From an uncultured Acidobacteriota bacterium (GTDB lineage: Bacteria > Acidobacteriota > Vicinamibacteria > Vicinamibacterales > 2-12-FULL-66-21): a stretch of DNA of 64,000 bases. Shown here piece by piece: positions 1-8,846 of this stretch. Location of the stretch: the NCBI GenBank assembly GCA_963730995.1, contig CAVSUB010000004.1, positions 552,900 to 616,899 of the forward strand. Reading direction: 5' to 3'. A program made the position numbers and the translations under genes. Under the pieces are notes generated by a model, which was not told where the DNA came from, made no database searches, and saw nothing but the letters and a program-made list of their open reading frames with translations. The stretch's first letter is position 1, and the number at the start of each line of letters is the position of its first letter.

Positions 1-67
1 GTTCGAGGCCGAGCATGGCCTGGATGACGCCTGGGGTCACGTGCATGAGATCGATTCGAGCTTTCAT
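1..67 (-). CDS. AhpD/carboxymuconolactone-decarboxylase-like protein, first 22 codons only (continues past left edge)
   Basis: Minus-strand ATG at 67 preceded by GGAGG. It reads MKARIDLMHVTPGVIQAMLGLE, the usual N-terminus of CMD-family proteins. It is divergent from an ECF sigma start, a common pairing. Too short for the ORF track. Confidence 0.45.
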   Translation of the reverse strand, partial: MKARIDLMHVTPGVIQAMLGLE

Positions 68-198
68 GATGTCTTTCGCCTCCACAAACCAAGACGAATC
101 ACAAATAATCCTGTGACGCCGGCGCCGAGGCACGCCGTTGTCACTGACGGCCTCCGTCATTCGTCTAGTGATCAGGAGGAGTGCAAGGCACGTGAGCC

Positions 199-378
199 AT
201 GGCAGCAACTGACTGGGACGAGGAAACGTTCGAGGCGCATCGACCCCTGCTGTTCTCGATTGCGTACAGGATGCTCGGCAGCGCCAGCGAAGCCGAGGAT
301 GTCATGCAGGACGCGTGGCTCCGGGCGCTGACGAATCGAGCCACGCGGAGGACGAGCTGGGTTGAAGGTGGGATCCGC
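199..378 (+). pseudogene. ECF-type sigma-70 factor, 5' fragment only (region 2), truncated
   Basis: ORF 199..525 begins MAATDWDEETFEAHRPLLFSIAYRMLGSASEAEDVMQDAWLR, a sigma-70 region 2 signature of SigJ-like ECF factors. The resemblance stops around 335-378 and no region 4 appears in any frame. The opposite-strand cytochrome gene ends at 393. Confidence 0.55.
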
Positions 379-392
379 GGATCGTCGCGGTG

Positions 393-1754
393 TCAGGGTT
401 TTTCGATCTGCTTGTGGCAGTACTCGCAGTCCGAGCTGATCGAAGTGCCGTCCTTGGCCACGAGGCTGCCATCGTGGCAGCGGAAGCATCCGGACGACGT
501 TGTGTGTCCGAGGTTGTCCGGATAGGTGCCGAAGGTGACCTTCATCTCGGGAAACACGTTGCGCCGGTAGATGTTCTGCAGCGCGGCGACCGCACCCGTG
601 ACCTGGGCATCGGCGCGCGCCACGTGCGGTGTAGAACTTTCGCAAGTCTCCGTCGATCATCCGCGAGGCGTCGTCGTCGGTCGGGTAGCTCGCCTTCATG
701 AGGCGGACGCCTTCGCGACGGACGAACGGCAGGCCGCGGTCGATCCGGCCCGCCGCGATCGCCACATCCACCGCTTGCTCCGGCGCCGGGGCGACGCGAT
801 GCGCCGGGACGTTGTGGCAGTCGACACAGTCCATCGCGCGCCGGCTGCCGTTGGCGAGCTGTTCGGGCGTCGTCCCCTCGGCGGCGTACTCGCGGACGCG
901 GCCCTGCGCATCCGTGTCACTTGACGTACTGGATGGTCTGCCGCTCGGCGTCCGTGTAGGTGAATTCGATCTGCACGCGCGGATCGGCGTGCCAGTGGAT
1001 GGCGCGGCCGGCCGCGGTCGGCGCACCGGGACCGCCCACGAACAATCTGCAGGATGGTCGCCGTCTCCGTATTCGTCTCGTCGTCGGCGTACTCACGCTT
1101 GACGCGGACGACATCGCCGAATGCCTTGCCGGGCCAGTGACAGTTCCCGCAGACCTCAATCGCGGGACGCAGGTCGGCAACACCGGGAATCGGCCGCGGG
1201 TAGCCGCCCGTTACGACGTGATACAGCTGCCGCAGGCCGTTCATCTTGTACTTGACGAAGGCGCGGCCTCCTTCACCGATGTGGCATTGCACACACGTGA
1301 CCTGTGAGTGCGGCGCGTCCTGCCACGCGGTGAACTGCGGATGCATCGGCGTGTGGCACGTCTGGCCGCAGAACGAGGGGGACTCCATCGAGTGCAGCGA
1401 GCCGTAGCCCGCGACCAGCACGATCACGACGTTGAGGGCCGTCAACGCCGTGAACAGCACCGCCCTGCGGCGGGTCGTCGGCGACCTGAAGTCGATGACG
1501 AACCACTCCCGCTCCGAGCCCGGGTGCCGCAGCAGCCTGCGGCGCTCGAGCCACATCCCGAACGGAATGAGGAGCAGTCCGGCCACAAAGAGTGCCGGCA
1601 CCGCCACGAAGACGACGAGCGACGCGTACGGATTCTCGAAGAGGCCCAGCAGCTCGGCGACGAGCAGGGCGATGAACGCCACCGCCGACTCGCCGTGGCC
1701 AGCACGGCGCCCGACCAGCGAAGCTGGATGTCGGGCGAGGACGCGGTCTCGCAC
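393..1754 (-). pseudogene. membrane-anchored NapC/NirT-type multihaem cytochrome c (six haem sites), frame broken about 3 times as assembled
   Basis: Minus-strand pieces 696..1754, 917..1183, 172..1026 and 393..623 join into one protein. It has two N-terminal TM helices followed by CGQTCH, CVQCH, CGNCH, CVDCH, CFRCH and CEYCH. Frame switches lie near 1045, 925 and 615. Confidence 0.7.
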
Positions 1755-1762
1755 GAACCGCT

Positions 1763-2120
1763 CTACTTCAGGCTCTGCATGTAGGCGACGAGCGCGTCGA
1801 GGTCAGCCGCCGGCAGCTTGCCGTACTTCGCCGGCATGGGCGGCTTCTTGGTCGAGCTCGACTTCTTCGCCATCGCCACCGGATCGACGATCCATTGCCG
1901 GATGTCGTCGGCCGAGAGCTTCGCGCCTACGCCGTCGAGCGGGCTGCTCTTGCCGCCCTTGCCGGCGATGGAATGGCACATCGAACACTTCTGGGCAGCG
2001 TAGACCTCCTGCCCCTTTGGCTGCCGCATCCTGCGCTCGAGCCGGGCGTGGAACGCCGGTGACAAGCGCGAGCGTGATACCTGTGACGAACAGGCTGGCC
2101 TTCATGGTCACTCTCTGCAT
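1763..2120 (-). CDS. periplasmic monohaem class I cytochrome c (one frameshift in a C4 run at 2012-2015)
   Basis: The signal peptide MKASLFVTGITLALVTG lies in ORF 1803..2120. The mature part, with CSMCH and a distal Met, lies in ORF 1763..2065. The frames join at ...AAAKG/QEVYAAQKCSMCH. Confidence 0.7.
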
Positions 2121-2136
2121 TGTGTCTCCCCTTCCG

Positions 2137-2196
2137 CCGTGAAACTCACTGCCGTGAAACTCACCGCCGTGAAGCTCACCGCCGTGAAACTCACCA
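2137..2196. repeat. 4 x 15-bp tandem repeat (CCGTGAAACTCACYG)
   Basis: The units ccgtgaaactcactg / ccgtgaaactcaccg / ccgtgaagctcaccg / ccgtgaaactcacca were read directly. The array covers the porin stop codon and the spacer before the cytochrome c ribosome-binding site. Confidence 0.9.
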
Positions 2197-4416
2197 ATGA
2201 TACAGGAGGCCGATCACCACCGAGTGGGCGGTGTAGGGCCGGTACACGTAGCCCATGACCAGCGAGCTCGGCTGCGCGATGCCGTTGACCACGCTCGGAT
2301 CGAAGGCGAAGTCGTAGATGCTCAGCGGCTCGTACAGGTACGAGAACGAGCGCGGCGAGGCGGCTGGAGAGCCGGTACCGCACGTCGAGTGCAGCTGCTG
2401 CAGCTTGTTGAACACGTTGGGCAGCTGATTGGGCGTCGGTATCGGGCTGCCCGCCGGGATGGCGTAGAGGTAGTTCCCCTCTGCGTGGCTGAAGTCGTAC
2501 GAGAATCGGATGTCAGTGTTCTGCCCGATGCGAGGAGGGTTGGCGTAGATCGAGAAGTAGTGCACCGTCTCGGTCGAATCGGCGGTCCAGTCGCGCAGCG
2601 GATCGTTGAACTGGGCCGTGGACGAATCCCCCTCGTGCGAGCGCTGCAGTCCTTCGTAGCGCTCGTAGTTGTAGCTGCCGCCCGCGCCGAGCCCCTTGGG
2701 ACCGTGGTAATCGGCGGCCAGCGAGAAGGTGCGGCCGGTGGAATCCTGCAGGCCGTAGAAGCTGTTGTTGAAGTTGTCCTTGAGGACGCCGCCTGACACG
2801 CTGAACGTCCAGGCGTCGGACGGCACGATATCGGCCTGTGCCGTGAAGCGGTTCCTCGTGCGATCGGCGAGGTCGTAGTGGCGCATCTCGGGTTGCTCGC
2901 CAATCGCCGTCAGCTGCGTTTCGTCGAGCCCTGAACCGGTGCGATCGCCGTACTCGTATTGCGTCCGGAAGGTGAGCCACGAGGATCCGACGGCATCGGC
3001 CGACACGCGGAACACGTTCTCGCCGGCTCGACTCGATGATCCGCGCATCGTAGCCGTTCGCGTTGTGCGAGTAGCCGACCGTGACCGCGAATGGCATCAG
3101 TTTCGTCCACGTGGCGTCGCCGTCGAAGTTCGTCCGGCTGTGCGCGTAGAGGTCTGGACCGCCCGTGGGCGTCTCCGAGACCGAGCTAGTCGTAGCTGAC
3201 CATGTCCGTGATGGACGTGGCCGGCGTGAGGTTGTTGTAGGTGTAGTTGCGCACGCGCGCGCTGAACCGCCAGTCGGTCGACGGGTGCGAGTTGAGGCTC
3301 AGGTTGGTCGAGAAGACGTGCGCTTCCCCGTCGGTGTTCGCGCGGGGCAGCGCGATCACGCGGCAGCGCCGAGTTGATCGTGAAGGGCTGCAGCGGCTCG
3401 TCGTTGCTCCACAGTCCATAGGAGAAGGAGCCGGTCACCTGCGTCTTGTGCGCCAGCTTGGTGTACCCGCCGAAGCTGATGGTCTGGGCCGAGTTCGACG
3501 GCCAGAGGGACATGCGTCCGCGTCCCGGGTGCGCCGGACGCGTCGTCGAGGCGGAGCGGGCTGTCCCAGACCAGCGTCGGCGCGATGTTGTCGAACCAGG
3601 AGCCGCTGTAGGCGACACGCAGCATGTTGCGCGCGTTCGTCCACTCGGTGCCGATGGTGAGGTCGTTCGTGCGCGAGTCGTAGGGGAGCGGCACCTCGAC
3701 GTCGTTGCTGAAGCCGAAGCTGGCCCCCCAGGGCAGCTCGCCGCTGTGTTTCTGCGTGGTGAAGTTGGCCGTGACGTCGAGGTTCGGCTTCGGCGTCGCG
3801 ACCACGTCGAAACGGCCGATGTCGCGCCGCTCGCGCAGGTCGAACGCCGGCGCCAGCGGGACGTACAGGTTGAGTTTCGCCGGATCGCCGTTCTGGATCG
3901 CGCGCTGCGTCGCGTCGTCGAGCACCAGCGTGCCGCCGCTGCCCGTATACGGCGTCATCGTATCGACGCTGTAGAACTGCGGAATCTGCTGCCAGCTGCC
4001 GCTGAGCGACAGCTTGCCGATCCGCTCGTAACTCCCCATGAACTCCTGGTCGCGGTAGCCGACGTTCTCGGCGCGCGCGTGGAAGTCCCACGTACCGTCG
4101 GGCTTGGCGAACGAGTAGCGGAAGTTCGAGAACAGCAGCCCATCGCGCTGGTCCTGGTACCGCTGGTAGCGCGCCTGATCGCCGTCCACGCTCGTGAAGC
4201 GGCCCCCGATGAGGAATTCGCGCTCGGTCGGCTCGAAGAGACTGCGCGACGCGTCCTCGTCGGCCGCCGCGGGCTCGGCCGCGGCGGCTGCCGGCTGCCG
4301 GCCGGCTGGGTCTGAGTCGATGGGGACGCCGGCGGTTGGGCGGTTCCCTGTGCGAGTGCGGCACCTGGCGCGGCGAGGCCGAGCAGGGCGATCGTCGTGA
4401 TGGCGAATCGGCGCAT
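2191..4416 (-). pseudogene. MtrB/PioB-family outer-membrane beta-barrel (porin partner of a decahaem cytochrome), frame broken about 7 times as assembled
   Basis: The signal peptide is MRRFAITTIALLGLAAPGAALAQG (ORF 3955..4416). The body is spread over ORFs 3356..4420, 3097..3618, 3186..3419, 2513..3097 and 2191..3048. It shows alternating beta-strand patterns, an SWQQIPQFYS motif like the IPHxYS of PioB/MtrB, and an aromatic C-terminus ...LLYHW. It sits directly downstream of the decahaem gene. Confidence 0.65.
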
Positions 4417-4429
4417 ACAACGGCTCCGC

Positions 4430-5451
4430 TTACCGCATGAAGAACTGGCCCGATGGGTGATTCGAGCCGTGCACGTTCGAGTGGCAGTTCACGCACGATC
4501 TGCCGAACATCCGGTTGCTCTTGTTGGTGGTGATCTGGTCCTTGTCGTAGAGCGTCGCCGGGTGTTTGCTCGCGATGTGACAGCGCTGGCAGAGCATCGG
4601 CATGCGGACCACGAGCATCCGGTCGTTGGAGGATCCGTGCGGATCGTGGCAGGTCGCGCAGTTCTCGCGCACCGGCGCGTGCTCGAAGAGCATCGGTCCG
4701 CGCATCTCGGTGTGACAGCTCGTGCAGAACTCGGTGACGGAGCCGCCGGTCTTCAGGTTCTTGACGTTGGTCATCGAGCCGTGCGGGTTGTGGCACGAGC
4801 TGCAGGACATCTTGCCCTCGCGCACCGGCATGTGCGCGACCGCGCGTTCGGTCTTGGCCACCTGCAGCCGGTGACAGCCGACGCACACCTGCGTCTCGGT
4901 CGGCTTCACCAGCTGGGCCTGCATCGATTGCGGCGCGTGCACGCTGTGGCACGTGGTGCAGGTCAGGTTCCGCGCCGCATGAGCGCTGCCCTTCCCAGCC
5001 CGCGTGCGTGCCGCGGTTGTGGCAGGACAGACAGGTCTCGTTGACCTCGCTGGGCGTCAGGGCTTTGAACTTCTTGATGTGCCCCTTCGCGTCGTCGTCC
5101 ACGTGTGCCTGCCCTGGACCGTGGCAGCTTTCGCATCCGAGCGTGCCGGCGGGTGAACGCGGATCCTTGGCCTGGCCGTGGCGCGAGTGCGTGATGCTCT
5201 TTTCCTCCGGCTCGTGACAGAGCACGCAGGCGTCGGTGCCGGCGTAGCCCGGAGGCAGGTTGGTGGGCGTTGCCTGGGCAGGCGGTGTCTGGGCGGGCGT
5301 TGTCGCCGCGGGAGCTGTCCCCGCGCGGTGGCTGCTGCGCATCGACCAGGCGATCGGCCGTCACGCCGACCCACACGATCCACGCGATCAATCCGAGCCT
5401 GAAGAGAAGCGGATTCCGATTCACGCGTCGCGACCCGCGCGCAACTTTCAT
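4430..5451 (-). CDS. DmsE/MtrA/PioA-family periplasmic decahaem c-type cytochrome (two frameshifts as assembled)
   Basis: Signal peptide MKVARGSRRVNRNPLLFRLGLIAWIVWVGVTA, then ten CxxCH sites: CVLCH, CESCH, CLSCH, CTTCH, CVGCH, CSSCH, CTSCH, CATCH, CQRCH, CVNCH. The protein is about 340 aa once ORFs 4963..5511, 3435..5342 (first ~120 aa) and 4430..4942 are joined. The breaks lie at 5319-5322 (a C4 run) and near 4988. Confidence 0.8.
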
Positions 5452-5671
5452 ACCGCCGGTGGAGGCGCGACACCTGCCGGAATTCAGTGGCATTCTGTGA
5501 CTTCGCCGCACTCACGCCAAGGCGACCGGCTCCGATATTCCGTGACGGCTCCAACATACCGTAACCGCCGCGGGCCGTTTCACGAAGCAAATCGCGTCGA
5601 ATCAAAGACATCGCCCGGAACCCCAAGGCATGTTGCTTGCACTTGGGGTGGCTTCTCGAAAGGAACCGCCC

Positions 5672-8600
5672 ATGGAAGAACGGGACCGATCCTCCCGCCA
5701 GCAGCTCAATCGCCGTGACTGGCTGAAAGCCAGCATCGGCGGCGGCACCGGGCTCGCGCTCGGCGGCCTGCTCGACGTGCCGGCGGTAAGAGCGGCGGCG
5801 CAGGAACTTCAAGCTGGCGAACGTCAGCGAGTTCACGACGTCCTGCAACTTCTGCTCGTGCGGGTGCGGCATGGTCGCGTCGGTCCGGGACGGCAAGCTC
5901 CTGAGGATGGAGGGCGACTACGACCACATCGTGAATCGCGGGTCGCTGTGCGTCAAAGGCATTTCCATGTTCGCGACGCACACCTCCCCCAGCCGGCTCA
6001 CCACGCCGCGCTACCGCGCGCCGGGCAGCGACCACTGGGAGGACATCTCCTGGGACGACGCGATTAACCGGGTGGCGCAGAAGATCCGGAAGACGCGCGA
6101 CGAGACGTGGATCGCGACCGAGAAGGTGGATGCGCCTAAACTCGTCGTGGATTCCGCGGCGGGAGATCGGATCGAGAGCGCCCCGCGGTTCGTCCCTCAG
6201 GAGGGCGGCCCCGCAGAAGTGCCCGTCAATCGGACCGACGCGATCGGCTTCATGGGCGGCGCGCAGAACACGAACGAGGAGTGCTACCTCTTTCAGAAGG
6301 CGGCCCGGCTGCTCGGCATGCCCTATGTCGAACACCAGGCCCGACTTTGACATAGCCCCACGGTCCCCGGTCTGGGGGCCACATTCGGTCGAGGCGCGAT
6401 GACCAACCACTGGGTCGACTTGCAGAACTGCAAGACGATCCTCGTGGAAGGCAGCAACGTCGCCGAAAACCATCCCATGGCCTTCAAGTGGATCCGGAAG
6501 GCCCAGGAGAACGGGGCGACGATCATCCACGTCGATCCGCGGTTTACGCGGACCTCTTCGGCAGCCGACGTCTACGCGCGTATCCGGCCCGGCACCGACG
6601 CCGCGTTTCAGAACACGATGATCAGCCACATCATCGTGAACAAGCTGTACGACGAGGATTACGTCGTCACGCACACCAACGCCCTCTTTCTGGGCGACGA
6701 GGCATTCGACTTCAAGGACGGGCTCTTCAGCGGGTTCGACGCGGAGCACCACAAGTACGACACCAAAACCTGGGGATACCAGCTCGACCCGAAGGGCAAG
6801 CCGCGGATTGCCAAGAGCCTCGACGACCCGCACTGCGTGTTCTCGCGTCTGAAGACCTTCGTCTCGCGGTACACGCTGGAGATGGGCGAGCGCATCACTG
6901 GCATCCCTGCCGATCAGATTCGCCAGATCGCGGAGACGATGGCGAAGAACCGGCCGGGATCCATCCTGTATGCGCTCGGGATGACGCAGCACACGACGGG
7001 CGTGCAGGGCATCCGGGCGTTCACGATCCTGCAACTCCTGCTCGGCAACATCGGCAAGCCGGGCGGCGGCGTCAACGCGCTGCGCGGCGAGCCGAACGTG
7101 CAGGGCGCGTGCGACATGGCCGTGCTCTACAACTACATGCCGGGCTATCTCAACTCGGCGACCAATGCCGAGCCGACGATCTACCACTACGTGCGCAAGA
7201 ACGGGATCGCCGACAGCCGCTACCTGGTCAACACGCTCAAGGCCTTCTTCGGAGACGCCGCCACCAAGGAGAACGGCTACGCCTACGAGTGGCTGCCCAA
7301 GCGCGACGCCGCCAAGGACTACGGCACGCTGCCGATGTTCGAGGATGCGCTCGCCGGCAAACTGAAGATGCTCTGGATCGTCGGCCAGAACCCCGCGGTC
7401 ACGCTGCCCAACCTCAAGCTGACGTTCGATGCGATGGCGAAGCTCGAGACGCTCGTCGTCCAGGAGATCTGGGAAACGGAGACGGCGGCATTCTGGAAGC
7501 GTCCGGGCGTGGACCCGAAGTCGATCAACACCGAGGTGATCCTGCTGCCAGCGGCGTTCTTCATGGAGAAGAACGGCACCATCAGCAACTCGGGCGGCAT
7601 GGTGCAATGGCGCCACGCCGCCGTGAAGCCACCGGGACAGGCCAAGCCGGACGGCGAGATCGTGGACCTCGTGTTCCGCAAGGTCCGCGATCTCGTGAAG
7701 GACTCGACGGCGCCGCGCGACGAGATCATCAAGAAGGCGTTCTGGACCTACACCACGGCCGAGGACGTCCTGCGCGAGATCAACGGGTACGCCCTGCGCG
7801 ACAATCCGGAGACCGGCCTCAAGAAAGGCGACCTCATTCGCAAAGTCAGCGATCTGCGAGCCGACGGGTCCACCTCGTCGGGCGCCTGGATCTACGCGGG
7901 AGTGTTCGCGAACGGCGAGAACCTCTCGAAGCGTCGCGATTCGCAGACCGATCCCGGAGGCCTCGGCCTCTTCCCGGGCTTCGGGTGGACCTGGCCCAAC
8001 AACATGCGAATCCTTTACAACCGTGCCTCGTGCGACCGGGACGGCAAGCCGTATCCGGGGTCGAAACCGATCGTCTGGTGGGACGAGAAAGCGAAGCGCT
8101 GGACAGGGCATGACGTGCCGGACGTTCCTGTCGCGACTGACGGTCCCGACACGCCAAACGGCCAGCGGCCCTTCCACCTCGGCGCGGAGGGCGTCGGGCG
8201 CCTCTTCGCGGCCGTGTATTCGGACCCCGACCCCCGGTATACCGATTACTGGCGCGACGTGGCCTACGTGCCGAAGGACGGCCCGCTCCCGGAGATGTAC
8301 GAACCCATCGAAAGCCCGGTGGAAAACGTCCTTCACCCGGAGGTGAAGAGCAACCCGACGGTCAAGTATCCGCGCGTCCCGTCGCATCAGCCCATCGGCA
8401 CCGCCGAGAAGTACCCCTACGTGCTGATGACGTCGACCGTCGCCGAACACTGGTGCTGCGGCTCGACGACGCGAAACATTCCCTGGCTCAACGAGCTGAT
8501 TCCCGAACCGGTGCTCGAGCTGCCTGTCGTCCTCGCTCAGAAGCTCGACGTGAAATCGGGGGATTGGGTCCGCGTTTCGTCGGCGCGGGGTGAGCTCGAG

Positions 8601-8846
8601 GTCAAGGCCCTCGTCACGCCCCGCATGAAGGCGCTGAAAATCGGCGAGCAGGAGGTCACCGTCGTCTGGATGCCGTACAACTGGGGCTTCCAGGGGCTGT
8701 CGACCGGCCCGAGCGTCAACCACCTCACAATCGACGCCGCGGATCCCGGAGCGGGAACCCAGGAGAGCAAGGCCTGCCTCGTCAACGTCGTCAAGACCGG
8801 CCGCTCGGCCGCGCGAAGATCCGTCTCACCGAGGGGGCGCACATGA
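5672..8846 (+). CDS. fdnG: formate dehydrogenase catalytic subunit, FdnG-like, Tat-exported, selenocysteine at UGA 6348-6350; one frameshift near 5808
   Basis: Twin-arginine signal NRRDWLKASIGG and a 4Fe-4S motif CNFCSCGCG. The stretch VEHQARL-UGA-HSPTVPGLGATFGRGAMTNHW is colinear with E. coli FdnG NQARVUHGPTVASLAPTFGRGAMTNHW. ORFs 5871..6350 and 6399..8846 are in the same frame. Confidence 0.9.
6351..6395 (+). promoter_or_regulatory. candidate SECIS hairpin downstream of the Sec UGA
   Basis: CCCC-GGUC-U-GGGG at 6365-6378 could form a stem capped by a GGUC loop, as I recall for E. coli fdhF. It starts about 17 nt after the UGA. Not folded computationally. Confidence 0.5.

Noticed and set aside
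3435-5342. 635-aa minus-strand ORF taken as one gene
   Set aside because: Only its first ~120 codons are real; they carry the first three haem sites of the decahaem protein. The rest runs out of frame through the decahaem 3' part and the porin gene.
6348-6350. TGA splitting the formate dehydrogenase gene, considered as a nonsense mutation or pseudogene
   Set aside because: The position aligns with the selenocysteine of FdnG-type enzymes. The frame is conserved on both sides and a SECIS-like hairpin follows.
5706-8723. 1005-aa ORF on the minus strand
   Set aside because: It lies exactly antisense to the FdnG-like gene. The composition is Arg/Ala/Gly/Leu-rich with no motifs. This is a typical shadow ORF in GC-rich DNA.
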